A DNA stretch of 40,817 nt from Intoshia linei (GCA_001642005.1 LWCA01000198.1:1-40817); one strand, 5' to 3'; counted from the stretch's first letter, positions 1-12,926 are shown. Notes: generated by a model not told the origin, from the letters alone. A program made the numbers and translations.

Positions 1-88
1 TAACTTCCCAAATTTTTGGAAAAATCGAAGCCAAAAAATTGGAAAAATTTGTCTAGGAGTATATGGGTTAATATACACATTTATTGTG

Positions 89-199
89 CAGTGGTGTGGC
101 GATTATCCGTAGAGCAAAATTATTTTTATAGTGCTATTTATTTGCAGTAATTGATAATTTACTTTGCAATTTTCTGTGCGTATAATAGCGACACCACTA
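89..199. mobile_element. Short hAT-like MITE
   Basis: Imperfect ~30-bp TIRs: cagtggtgtggcgattatccgtagagcaaaat versus reverse complement tagtggtgtcgctattatacgcacagaaaat. No clear TSD. Confidence 0.65.
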
Positions 200-224
200 C
201 AGTGCACTGAACTTGAATTTTAAG

Positions 225-2492
225 GTAAAAGATATCTGGGATAAATTACACATCATAAAATCTAAAATAAGTATGGTTATGGAATTAAACAATGATATAC
301 TCTCTTTGCCTCAATCTAATGAAAGTATATGCTAATAAATATTACATTTGTAGTTTGAAATTAATAAAAATAAATATATTAAGAAACTAATCAAAAACTT
401 GAACAACTACAAAGCGAAATTAGGGAAATGGCTAGTCAAGTAAACCAAGATTTGAAAAGTTTATTATTATACAGTCAGGCCTCTCAACATCGCTATTTTG
501 GTATTTCAATATTTATGGAGGTGTTGAGAGGATAACATTACAAATAGGTAGTCAAATAATGATAACAGTTATTATAATTTTGCTATAAAATTGAAATATA
601 GTGACGATGTCGAGAGGTCTGACAGTACTTTTATATGTAAATTGGGGTGTTTCAAAAAGTAGAAAATTGTGAAATTTTTCTTAACGGTAGAAAAAATTAT
701 CCAATATTCATATTAACAGTATTAGGTGAGTTTTTTATTTGTAAAAGTGCTCAGATCAGTTGCGCACCACAAATAAATATTTGAATAAAAATGACGGAAA
801 AGTAGTTTATTAATATATTAATCATATCATATATCTCTATTAGTATAGTCATGTTTGCAATCAACAGAATCATATTATATGATACATATTAGTAAATCAT
901 ATAAACATAAGTTTCGGTCATTTTAACTGCCGTATTGTTTCTAAACTATGAACATTAATTGGGATGCCATTTTATACGTATTCGACACATAACCAATTCA
1001 TATGATTTCTTGACGTAAATTTTACATCTACGACCACCGAAATGCAGAATTATTATTTATATTATACAAAATAAACCTTAACATGCATGTTTAAATTAAT
1101 ATTAGGTTTAAAACTTCAATCGTTGTTCGCAACTGATCTCGCAAATTCAGGATATGATAATGGTTCCAATTTGTGAAACGTCCTAATAATACTACATAAA
1201 TATTATATTATATTTTATATATATTATATGCATTGCTGGGATCGGCAACCTTTTGCATCTCGTGACCCCGTTTTTGAAAATTCAATATTAAAATGATTAT
1301 AATGATCCAATTGTAGTAGAAAATCTTTAAACGCTGTTTAAAAGCTGAAAAATTTAAAAATAAATAATTTACATATTTACTCAAAAGGTCACCAAAATGA
1401 TTCTATGATCCACTGGTTGCCGATCCTTGCCCTAATGTTTAAGTATAGCTTATATATTATATGTTTTTACTGTACGGTATAATTTTTTTAATATCTTCGT
1501 ATAGAGATAGAAAATAATATAAAATCGTTACAATCAAATGATTCCGGGGTTGAACTACGAATAATGGAAGTGCAAGTAAATTTAATTAGATTTAACGAAT
1601 GTTGATTTTATTTTGAAAAACCTTATTTAACTAAATAACTTGTAATAAATTATATTATTAAAATAACAATAACTATCTTATTTCTTGACATTTATTTTTA
1701 ATCATGTCATAAAGATACAAAATTAGACATTCAATTTAATAAATGGAAAATAAATTTAATACGAAAAATAATGAAATGTTTTATATTATATTTGACAAGG
1801 CTAACAGCATCGCTATTGAAATTACCAAATTAATGAAAATATACTATGAAAATCAACAAAAGTATCGAATAAATTGTAAAAAATGGATACAACGTCAAAT
1901 GGAGTTGAGTAATTATATAATCAATTTAGGTTAAATTCAATAATTGGTTGCATTATTTAATGCTTCATTTTTATTCATCATATGTTTTATTTTAGGTAAT
2001 AAAATCATAACGGATCAAGAAATTGAGGATTTGATAGAATCAGGAAACCCTACCATACTGACACAAGACGTAATTAAATACAAATGGTTCAAACATTTAA
2101 CAATAAATTAATTAGATTGTTACCCAAACCAAAGAAGCTAAACAGTCTCTTAAAAAAATCCAATCTCGTTACAATGATATAATTAAACTGGAACAATCAG
2201 TAAAAAAGTTGTATGAATTATTTATGGACATGGCAGATTTGGTCGAATCAAAGGGTGAATCAATTAACCGAATAGAATATAATATTTTAAAATCTATTGA
2301 TTATGCAGAAACTACGACAAAACATACTAAAAGAGCTTTTAAATATAGAAATAAATCCAGAAAGGTAAAAAATTTATTGCTTTCATAACCTATACATTAC
2401 AGAAAAGAAAGATAATTGCAACTGTATTCGTAATATTTTTATTAATTACTGCCGCAATAATTGCAATTATTGTATTTACCACTTTATACTAG
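225..2492 (+). CDS. STX1: Syntaxin-1-like plasma-membrane Qa-SNARE, divergent, multi-exon, 5' end outside window
   Basis: Spliced exons (~225-324, 384-458, 1505-1575, 1800-1908, 1996-2069, 2116-2364, 2403-2492) read VKDIWDKL..ILSLPQSNEKT..ELRIMEVQ..CKKWIQRQMEL..EIEDLIESGNP..RYNDIIKLEQSVKKLYELFMDMADLVESKGESINRIEYN..KSRKKRK, then a C-terminal TM helix and TAG. This is colinear with the Habc, SNARE and TM regions of syntaxin-1. Confidence 0.9.
472..625. mobile_element. Tc1/pogo-type MITE in a syntaxin intron
   Basis: 21-bp TIRs cagtcaggcctctcaacatcg and cgatgtcgagaggtctgacag, flanked by TA on both sides. Confidence 0.85.
752..1140. mobile_element. Unclassified TIR MITE
   Basis: TIRs cagatcagttgcgcaccac versus reverse complement gagatcagttgcgaacaac. 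Confidence 0.7.
1236..1429. mobile_element. hAT MITE
   Basis: TIRs ctgggatcggcaacc and ggttgccgatccttg (CAGGGGTCGGCAACC type). TSD eroded. Confidence 0.75.
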
Positions 2493-2618
2493 TTGTATTG
2501 ATTAAATATTGAATGTCCGAATTTTGAACAAATAAAATGCAATGAATGAAAAAATATGAAACATTTTATTAACAAATAAATAAACATTTAGGTGTCAAGT
2601 TTGGTTAACATTATAGAT

Positions 2619-5600
2619 TCAAGTGTCACCATTAATTTTAATTTCGGCGTAAAACTGGTTATAGAGTTTGTACCATCCAAGTACCAAATTTGATAAATTT
2701 AGATTTGTTAGGCGTATTTGAGCAATACCTACTAAAGATTTACGCTCTATTTTGGAGTATTCAGCGAATATACTAATTTGTAAAAATTCAGCATCTTTAA
2801 GACTTGAAAATATTAACGTTTCCTGATATAAAGGGCATGTCATCCGTTTGGCACAATTTGTTCTTTGCCGTTCAATAAGGTGTTTTGCGCTACTGACCAA
2901 ATATATTTTAGCGTAGGTTGCTAAAGTATAAAATTATATTTTTTAATTTATTCATGTCAATAAAATTACCAGGTAAGGTTTTTGACGATTTGTATATAAA
3001 GTCTCTGGCTTTTATAATTTCAACAATTAAATTATTGTTTTTCATAAGTAAACTCAATTGAATTTCACCTAAACATGAAGCTCCAAAAATTTGCCTATTT
3101 ACTACTTGCCCTGGCCCAATCCCTTCGATAACTAAAATTTATTATTAAATTTGGAATGAAATTTTTTACAATTATCAAAATGAAAGTTTTCTTTTCTCTT
3201 GATTGATTCGCTAAAATATTTTAAAAAAAAAATCAATTAAATTCAAAAATATACCAGTGGTTATTTTTCAATACATCAGTACCGATTTCTTCGCTTCTAT
3301 TAAACTGAACATTTTCTAAAACATAGATTAAGGTGTCATGGATGTTGTTTATTAATTAGTATTATATATAGTTAATTATAATTATTAAATTTTTTAATTT
3401 TTAATCGTCTACCCTCTATTCCCTATAGCTTACTGTATCATTACTGAAATACTAGATTTAATGAACCTTGGCGACTCAATTCCATAATATATGGTTATTG
3501 TAGGAACAAATGTTGATAAAATGATATTTTGTAACTAATTACCAGTTAAAAACAAATTTCATTAAAATTGAAGAAAATTTTTAAAGAAAAAAATTTTAAC
3601 GCTATTTTATTGAATGTATAAAAAAATTGTTTTTATGACTCGTAAAAAGTCTACACCTGCATAATCATATGAAAAGACAATTAATTTGTTTAAATATGAT
3701 TAATAACCATGATTTGAAAATTTTTTGCACAATCCTATTAATGCGGCAACTTTATATCCCAAACTTTTGCGTCTGTTGGCTTTACTGCTAAATTTTACCA
3801 CATTTATATCAGGCGTATTTTCTTGTGATGATGTAGAAATTACACTAAAAATCAAATTATCAACACCACGTTAAAATATTTACGATGTCAGCTGTTGATG
3901 GTCCGAATTATCATGGTAGACTGTTGTTTTTACTAAAAACAGTAATAATGAAAAAATGAAAAAATAGAAAAAAATTTTAAACCGTTAGTTTCTTCTTCGT
4001 TATTATCTTGAAAACTTTCCTCGGATATACTACGAAAATGCAATATTTTTTCTTTGTTAGTAATTGGACTACTCTCTTCTTCGTCGTCTTCTTCGATAAA
4101 ATGGTTTGAATGCTTGTATTTTGAAAATTGTTTATTTGAACCGTGTGTATGCATTAATTCTTGGTTAGAATCGGAAATATTAGATTCTAGGGAAATAGTT
4201 GAATTAGGATTTTTAAGTTTTTCATGATGGTAATTTTCACCACCAAATGATGATTTGTTGGGATCACTTGAATCATAAAATTGAGAAAAAGAGTCTCTAC
4301 CTTGTATGTAAGGATTATTTGATTCAGTCGAATAATTCGATTTAGAATCATAAATACCCCTAGACTTGAAATAGTCATGTTTGTATTTTGGTTTAGCATT
4401 ATGGTAATTATCAATAATTTGGTTATTCATAAAGGAATTTTTTTTCTCAAAATAATCAGATTCTTCAATATTTACATCGTTCTGACTATTAAAAATTCTA
4501 TAACCTTTGTTATTCTTTCTATAATCTTGTCTATTTTTTGTATTGCTCATAAACATTTTATTATACAACTTTGGTTCTAAATTTCTGTTTTCAATGGAAT
4601 GCGTTTGTAGCGCTTGTAACGGATTTCTATATTCTTGTTCATAATCTGATGCATAATTTATATTTTTTGAGGTGTATGGTAAATTTTCTTCAGGGTTAAA
4701 ATAATTCTTATCACGAGAATAACTAATAGAATTTGGATATCTAATGTAATTCTGATTTAAATAGTTGGATTTTGGATACGCAAAGTCATTGGGTTGGAAT
4801 GAGTATTGCGTTCTATTTTGGTAATGAGCATCATTTACGCAATCGGAATACGCCCGTTCGGTGTACGGTTCTTGGCGAAATCGAGCATTGATAATTTCAG
4901 AGGTTGTTATAGGTATAGGTATAGCTGGCAACATTCTTTTAATCTTTTTTTTATGTGGTCTATAATTGCATTTATAACAAAATTTTTAACTCACAATAAG
5001 ACTTATTGAATAAGTGCTTATAATGTTTAAATTTTATTACCTATTATTATTAAAATCTTGGCCCAAGTTGCAAACGTTATTATCTAATTTTTTGTTTAAT
5101 TTCAATTTGAATATAAAAATATTACTGTACCTGATGTTGAGTAGGTCTTACTGTCAAAAAATTGATTATTTTCAATATTATCAGATTTCTATAAAATAAT
5201 ATTACACTGTAATCAATAATTTATAGTTGAAATTCTATTCAATATTAATAGTCAATTTATATAATAAGTAATATTAATAGTTGAAATTTATATTAATTAC
5301 AAAGTTTATAAATAATTACAAGTAGTTTTCATCTAATGTGTTTCAAAGACAAAAATACAAAAAGATATTTATTATTTTTTAAATTAAAAAAAAAAATTAC
5401 ATGATAAAATGAAAGAGTTGAGTTCTTGCATTCCAATTGATAAATACATATATTATTGTAAATATCAATATTGTTTAAATTTAGCTCGACCTAAATTTAA
5501 TTAGACTAACATTTTTGAATTATAAATTTTTTTTTATTTAAAAAAAAATTTTTAAATGAAATTCAAATTACCTCTCCAATACATTCATCATGAGATAAAT

Positions 5601-8600
5601 TATCAAAATCGATAACTGTACATAAAAGTGGTACGTTGAATAAATCTTGCTTGTAAACGTTGTATATTAAAAATGTTTGATTCCAAACGGGATTTGATGT
5701 GTTATAAATCGTTTTAGTTTTTCGATATATAGGATTTCTATATAAAATTGATTAAATAACTAAATAATATACTACAATCCTTACTTAATGATTAAATAAT
5801 TAAGTAACTAGCTTGGCTGTTTTGTACTTCATACAAACAGCACCTAGATCTACCGATAGGACGTAGGACTTTACTATTATCTACTATTAAAAAAAATAAA
5901 ATATTACATAAAAATACCATTTTTCACTATAACCAATCTTTTAAAATAATGGTTCCAAAACGTGTGAAGATAATTTTTTATTTTTAAATTCTATCACCAT
6001 TAATTATATAAAAAATTTTTGTTTTAATCAAAATAAGTTCCAAAAAAAGGGTAAATAATAAATTTTTTATACATTTTAAACGTAAAAAGCTGTATTAAAT
6101 GATATCTTTTTTTAAATTCGATTACCATAGATTATAAAAATTAAAAATTGATAAAAAGTATTTTTTTGACCGTGAAGACATCATTTGTGAGATGAAAAAT
6201 TTTTGTGTGTAATATCTGGAGATAACTGAATAAACTGTAATGTTTTTTGAAACTTTGGGACTATTTTTATTTTTTTGAAAAAATGGTCATTTGTGGTTTT
6301 GGCCCTGAAGATATAATTGTTTGAAATTTAAATTTATAACCATCTACCATGTCAATCAATTTTATCACGATGATTATAATCACGTTTGTTTTTATCACGA
6401 TTAATTTAATAAACTTCGTTTTTATCATGATTTTAATTAAACTGAAAATAAAAATTAATAGAAATAACAGAATTAAATGAATAATTTTGTGATATTACAT
6501 TTTAATAATAAATTAAATAGCAAAATAGTTAAGATTTAAAGATAATGCATGTATGGTCCTCATTATTTCTGTGTGATTCAACATTATTCTTTTTATATGA
6601 AATTTTTTAATTTTATAATGCAATCTTTTGTAAGGCGATTCACCAGCTATTACCTTAATGTATATACCACGTTGGAACTGATTTTCTTCCTTGAGTTTTC
6701 CAATGAGCTTCCAGACAATAGGTAATAGACAACCATCTACATCAGCGGTTCTCAAATGGGAGTACTATTTATTTTAAAATATATTATTGAATTTATTTTT
6801 TTAATAGAATTAAAAAAGCACTTCCTCGGCAAAGGTAAGATGCTGTTTGTACCAAGTACATAACAGTCAAGCTAGTAGCTAATATTATTAAGGAAATTCA
6901 TAAATTTTCTCACGTTTAACAGTGAAATGTCTTACACAATCATCTGATTAATTATAATGATTACCGAGATAAAAATGAAATGACACAATATGGATTTCTT
7001 TCATACCCATCTGCTCGTTCTATAAATATTGAACAGGAAAGAACTCCAATGTGTATACAAAGCTTTTCAATGTTGTAAAAAATTTTTAACTATATGAATT
7101 AAATTTTATTAATTATATATTTCAGTGGTTCCCAATCGGTTTGGTCTTTCCCCTCAATAAATAATCAAAATTGGACCCATACAATTTTTTTTATTATAAA
7201 GATTATTTTTAAAATTGATAAATGTTCTTACTTTTTGAAAACTTTCAAGACCCCGTTTAGGAAACACTGATTTATGGTTTACTTCTATAAATCCTGCATA
7301 TTTTACAACTTGGTCCAATTTTCTTGGATTTATCGACGAATTTTTAGAAATAATGGTGTTATCTATAAATTTTTTTTCTTAAAAAAATAAATATAATGTA
7401 TACGAATTTAATAAACCTGGTGGTATGTACAATAACATTTTTTTTCTAAAATTATTATATAACTATCTTTGAATTGTTACTCTAAGTATCGATGAATTAT
7501 TAAGTTTATATATTTTAGTTTTTTAGCCGAGTGGATTATGTCGTATACTTGGTTAAATGATAAGTTTCTTAGATTGTAAGTTTGCCATTTCACCACTTCA
7601 TCCCCTAAATTATGTTGAAACAAATATTGATATATATTTTGTATATTACCTGCTCGTATACCACCCACTTTATCAGCGATTCCATTCTTTCTAACTTTTG
7701 TTACAAAGGCACCTAGATAACCTTCAACAGTCTTCAAACCACCTACTACTTTGAATCCTAAATAGCGTTTAATAAATATTTTAAATCACATTACCCAATG
7801 ATGACCTTAAATATATTACAAATGGGGAGTCTCTGTCTAGGGGTACCTTTGGTAATATCATTTTACCTACCAATACATTACAATCAGTTGATGTAGTCCA
7901 GACGGCTGGCTAATTTAGTCATTTAAATTGAATAATATTTAAATATAAAATGTTACCATAAAATTTGAAAATTCTTCTAAAATATTGTAAATAATGATGT
8001 ATAATTAAATGAATAATAATTACCTTCACATTCATACATTTTTCTATTGATGGCATTATGACTACGATTTGTCTTTTTTGGTGTGCTGTGTGTTGTATTA
8101 TTGTGCATAGAATAGTCAATACAAGAAGGGTCAATTTCTTGATTGTTTATAGTATATTTCTCTCTATCTGTTTCATCAAATGTGTTTTGCTTATTCTGTA
8201 AATGCATTTTGGGATAATTTTCGTGTTTTTCAAAGTAACTGTTGATAAAAATAATTAGACGATATTCCCATTATATATTGAATTTATTATTGTATGATAT
8301 TACTGTCAATATATAACTAATTAAAACAAATTTCTATACTAAATATAAATTTTAACCATGTATAAATATAACCACACGATTTCGTGATGTTAATGATAAT
8401 GTGTTCTATATACAAGTGTATGAAGAATACTAATATATATTGAGAAAATTGTTGCATTTTACATATTTACATGTTTTTAGTAGAAACGCACAATAATTGC
8501 TACGCTTAATATCTCGTCATCTTTTTTTACGTGGATCCACTACAACGTGGGAAACATTGCTTTTATTGATCATAGTATTGAACATAGTATTGATCAAAAC

Positions 8601-11209
8601 GACATATAAAATTTAAATTTAAAACTGAATTTAAACTATTTTATTTATTTAAAATTGTATGTAGTCTGCCTGAATAACTCTTATAAAATACTAAATAAAA
8701 CTGTTTCTTACAAATTTTATATTATTCGTATTCTTCTAAATTATTTAATTAAAAAAAAATTGTAATTCTGGAAATTTTCATTCTCACGATCAAAACAGCA
8801 TATTGCTTATTTAAAAATTGATGGATTATTAAAAATTTAAAGATAAACAATTTTTACTCATATAATATGCTTTATTTGTCTGTGTGTGTGTTATTGTTTA
8901 ATTCAATAACTACCAGTCTTAGAATTTTAAAAAGTCCACATTTCTATTACAGTTTTTTTTCCGAGTGTTAGTAAGATAAATTTCAATTTCCTAAACTCAC
9001 ATCTTACTAGTCAAAAAGTCCAATTGTACTTTTTTTGAAAATCAAACGAGTTGGAGAATTAAAAAAAAAATATTCACTCTAATACGGATTTAACAACCAT
9101 AAACATTATCATAAATTTAAATTTAAAAAAAATTATCTTCAGGGTCAAAACCACACATTACCCTTTTTTTTGAAAACAGCCCTAGAATTTCAAAAAAATT
9201 ACAGGTGGTACAGTTGTATCTTGTTAACACACACAAAAAATTTCAATTTGAATAAGTGACGCTTCGCGGCCAAAAAAGCATTTTAGTATTTATACATTTT
9301 TCATTTTTATATTTATTATAATATTTTGCAATATTGATAAAATTCACCTGAATCATGTTTATAAAGTGCTGATTTCGTTAATTATTGATACATAATTGGT
9401 ATTTTTAAGTATTTATTAAATTGATACTGAATATATATTATCATATTGAAAATGAAAAAATAGGTTTTTATAGTTTTATTTTTTATTAAATGTATGCTAT
9501 TTATGACCATTTTTAAGATTGTACTGTTTTTACTTTATTTTTAATATTATACACACATTCTATCTAATTAAATAAAATTAATTAATTATTTACATAAAAA
9601 TAAAAAAATCTGTTCAATATTTAAATAAATTTTTGTTACTATCGATTTTAAAATTTAATCTAAATTTAAGTTTATTTGGAATTCAAAAAATTCATATTCA
9701 TACGAATTCATAAAAAATAACTATTCCATAACCCTGCAATATCGAGATTGACGGTAATATATTTCATACAAAAAAATTACTTTCTAAAACTTGTGTCAGC
9801 AGTATCAAAAGATTCATTGACAAATATATTGCCGTCAAGGTGGTTTTTTTGGGTATTTTTATATATTTTTTTATCTCTAGAACGAGAATCAAAATAATTA
9901 ACTTGTTGAGGATCCTTAACATTAAAATTATTAGCATTATAACCAGACGTATTTTCTAGAGGTATATGAGTAGTTTGTTTATGAGGGTTACGGTAAAGAT
10001 TAGAAGGGTTTGAAACATTGGCACAATTTTGAACATTTTTTTCGTGTTTATCGTATTTTTCATGATTTTTAATGACTGGATTGATTAACAGACTTTGATC
10101 TACACTTTTCATGGTAATATTATCAGTTTCATTATGAATTTGTTTGTTTATATTTTTATTGTATGGTTTAAATTTGCTTTTTGAATTATCAGTAGGTCTA
10201 GCAATAGGTATTTTAGTCTCGGAAAAAGACGAATACATTTTATTCTCTTTATCTCCAATTATTTTAGTGATTTGAAGTGGTGTAACAATTTTAGACGTTG
10301 TAATATTTGATGGTGTAGTTTGAGAAATTGTAATATTTTTTAAATTTAGTTCCATTTTTTTTCGGCAAAGATTACAAGTATATCCATCATTCTAATTTTA
10401 AATTTATTATAAAACGATAAATTACATTATAATTATAAATTACTTGTAATAAAAGGTAAAATTATGTTAAAAATTTAATACAATTAATTATATAATTTAT
10501 TTATTTATTATTGATTGTCAAAATGACATTGATAATTGTAAATATTTTAAAACTATTTTGCTTAAAGGTTTGATAAAAATTAATATTTTGCTAGAAAAAT
10601 GTAAATGTACAATAAGCATTGTCCACTGCAGTAGAAATGCTGCATTTAATATATAAAGGTTTTAAAAAAATTAAATATATACATATAAGTGTCGCAACTT
10701 TCAAATACGGTTAATTCGTATTGATTGTATAATTTTAAACATCAATAAATGTTGGCGATTTCAAATATGAATATTTATACATTTTAGAGTAAAATTAGAT
10801 CAACATTAACTTGTACCAAGTATGTATTTTATGTACATTTCAATGCAAGTAATATAAAAATTTGTCATTTAAAAATTAAAAGTACCTTATTAGGCCGACA
10901 ACACCTTGAACAACATTTCATTTTACACATGTTGCAATATTTTCCCGTTCCCTCCACAAACTTTGTATTTCTACACAAACTACAAATTGTGTCATCTACT
11001 TTTTGATTTCGAATTTCACTTTCTTTTTTTTGTAATTTAATTATTTCATCATTCGTATTTCTAATTTTTTTAAAACTACTTTTTTACCAAAATTACTCTT
11101 TAATCTTTCGCTCTTTTTCTTCTTCCTTTTTTTGTCTTTCTACGACGTCTTTAATTATTTTTTGTTCTTCCAGTGTAAGCAAACTGAAATTGGACTCTAG
11201 TGGGTCCAT
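2619..11209 (-). CDS. RIMS: RIM / UNC-10 Rab3-interacting active-zone protein, many exons
   Basis: The N-terminal helix is MDPLESNFSLLTLEEQKIIKDVVERQKKEEEKE. Zinc finger: CSLC..CNMC..CSRC..CNLCRKK (10.36-11.0 kb). PDZ: GFKVVGG..GAFVTKVRKNGIADKVGGIRAGDEV (7.5-7.76 kb). C2A: DGYERNPY..RKTKT..PVWNQTF (5.4-7.1 kb). RIM-BP-binding-like motif RMLPAIP (~4.92 kb). C2B: GIGPGQVVNRQ..GEIQL..PLYQETL..GWYKL (2.6-3.13 kb). An upstream non-coding exon is possible. Confidence 0.93.
5808..6335 (-). mobile_element. Non-autonomous Helitron, 3' portion
   Basis: The minus strand ends in hairpin GCTGTTTGTAT-GAA-GTACAAAACAGC followed by CAAGCTAG|T. The internal repeat unit is shared with 27510-28349. Confidence 0.75.
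6340..6740 (-). mobile_element. MULE/Mutator relic: transposase C-terminus plus 15-bp-periodic terminal repeats
   Basis: Peptide PIVWKLIGKLKEE..IKVIAGESPYKR..MRTIHALSLNL resembles animal MULE transposase C-termini (HPxIWKFI..LKxE..AG.P.K). It adjoins ttttatcacga units spaced about 15 bp apart at 6360-6432. Confidence 0.55.
6800..6875 (+). mobile_element. Isolated Helitron 3' terminus
   Basis: gctgtttgtac-caa-gtacataacag followed by tcaagCTAG|T; same family as the ends at 5808 and 28349. Confidence 0.7.
7123..7269. mobile_element. hAT (Buster/Charlie-like) MITE in a RIM intron
   Basis: TIRs cagtggttcccaa and ttaggaaacactg. Confidence 0.8.
8851..9300 (+). mobile_element. Non-autonomous Helitron, 5' portion
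   Basis: 5' end A|tttttactcatataa..gtctgtgtgtgtgtt matches the 27510 copy, and it carries the ggtcaaaaccacacattaccc..agccctag unit. Confidence 0.7.
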
Positions 11210-12147
11210 TACAGGTTTGGCTAAACTAAGAGAGTTTATTTGTATTGAAACGATTTAAACAATTTTCAAATTTTACATGGATTAAAATAAATTAGTTTAA
11301 GAACAACATATAAAACCAAAATATTTGATATACTTGTGCGAGTATATCGCAATAATGTATTATGCACTGCATTTAAAACGTAACATTTTTATATATTTTG
11401 TACATTAGTTATTGATTAGTCGAGTCTCGTAGCTGTTTAGTAATCATATCGATTTTTCAAATCTTCACACTATTGTAACAAAATTTAGTTTTAACTTTAT
11501 CAATAGTAACTAGATTACTATTAAATATTAAATTTATACATGTATAAAAGATAACATTTAATATTTACCATAATATGCATTTTTGTTAATGTTAATCTGT
11601 AATTACATTGATTCTTTTAAATCTCAACATATTTACACACTGACATACAATTTAACGATTTTTTAGAGTAATAATAGATTAAAAATGTGCTTATAAATTA
11701 AATTATGTATATAACCGAAAGATTCTGTGTATAATTTTAATTTCAGTTGACCTAATGAATAAAATTAAACTTGTGTCAAATCAATATATTGAAAAAGTAC
11801 TACTTTTGTGAATTATATGTGTACAATTTAAGATTCTACTGTATCACTTTAGTAAATTTCATGAGTGTGGATTATTTTACTATTAAATAAGCATAATTTT
11901 CATTTTTTAATATTTTTACAACTGTCATTTTTTAATAAACCATTATACCATCGTTAATCTGTGTGAGTAGTAATATCAACAAAAATCTATTTTTTTTTTC
12001 ATAACTGTTTTGTTACAATCATAAATAATTTTAATAATAATTTTAGGGTTTAAACTTTTTAGGGGTCTAGTGTTAACGAATATTGTTATTTCAATAATTT
12101 TAAATATAGTAGTTGAGAATATATAAAAACTTGAATAGAAGCGTTAA

Positions 12148-12634
12148 GGAGTCAGATAAGGAGTATAACTATCATCGATGATTTTAATTGTAGGACCGTT
12201 ACTTCTTTCAAACTTTTTGTTTTAATAGAATAAATACCAAATAAAAAAATGAATACCAAAGTGCTTTTTTCACCGTGAAGGCATCATCAAAAAAGCATAT
12301 TATCTTTTTAAATATAATATAAATTATTATAAATTTAAATATATTATACAAATTATTTTAGGATAATCAATTATTAAAAATTTAAAAAAACAATATTCTA
12401 AACCAGCTAACGGAAAAATCATATTTTCCAACAAACAGATCCACATCTCAATTTTTTGTCATGTTAGTGGTTTCAAATAATATAATTTAAAAGAAACTCT
12501 TCTAAACTAAAATATTATTAAAATATCTGGTTTTACCGAACCGAAACTATGAATTCGGGAAAATGAAAAATCAAACTCACATTTGAAAAAATTTTGCAAA
12601 TGATTTGAGTTTCATATAGCCCTTAGCTGCCTCC
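12148..12634. mobile_element. TTAA-associated (Kolobok-like) MITE containing a Helitron fragment
   Basis: ttaa|ggagtcagataaggagtat versus reverse complement ggaggcagctaagggctat. A related end, ttaa|gaggtggctagggctat, lies at 14111. Confidence 0.5.
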
Positions 12635-12926
12635 GCAAGGCTCTTGATTTTGACATTATTTAAATTAAATTGTAAAGAATAATAATATATAAGTATTAAT
12701 GAAATTTATAATAACTGATACATTATAATACAAGTACAAGTACTGCACTGTTAATTAATTGTATAATTACACAATATGTTACAAATTATCTAAATATTGA
12801 TGACTATTCATCTAATTAAACTATACAATAACATATGAACTATATAAGTGATTTTACTAGTTTATAGATTTATTCTCTACAATTTTGCAAACAATTAACA
12901 TCATATTTTAAAGAAAATTTATAAAA

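Noticed and set aside
4187-5199. ORFs 4187-4414, 4377-4580, 4806-5009 and 5014-5199 as separate genes
   Set aside because: They are alternative-frame or antisense shadows of RIM exons.
6513-6755. 80-aa minus-strand ORF as a RIM exon
   Set aside because: RIM C2A splices cleanly from ~6965 to ~5737 without it, and the peptide looks like a MULE transposase tail.
9777-10355. 192-aa ORF as an independent gene
   Set aside because: It is in frame with the upstream YTCNLCRKK zinc-finger end of RIM and is bounded by splice sites.
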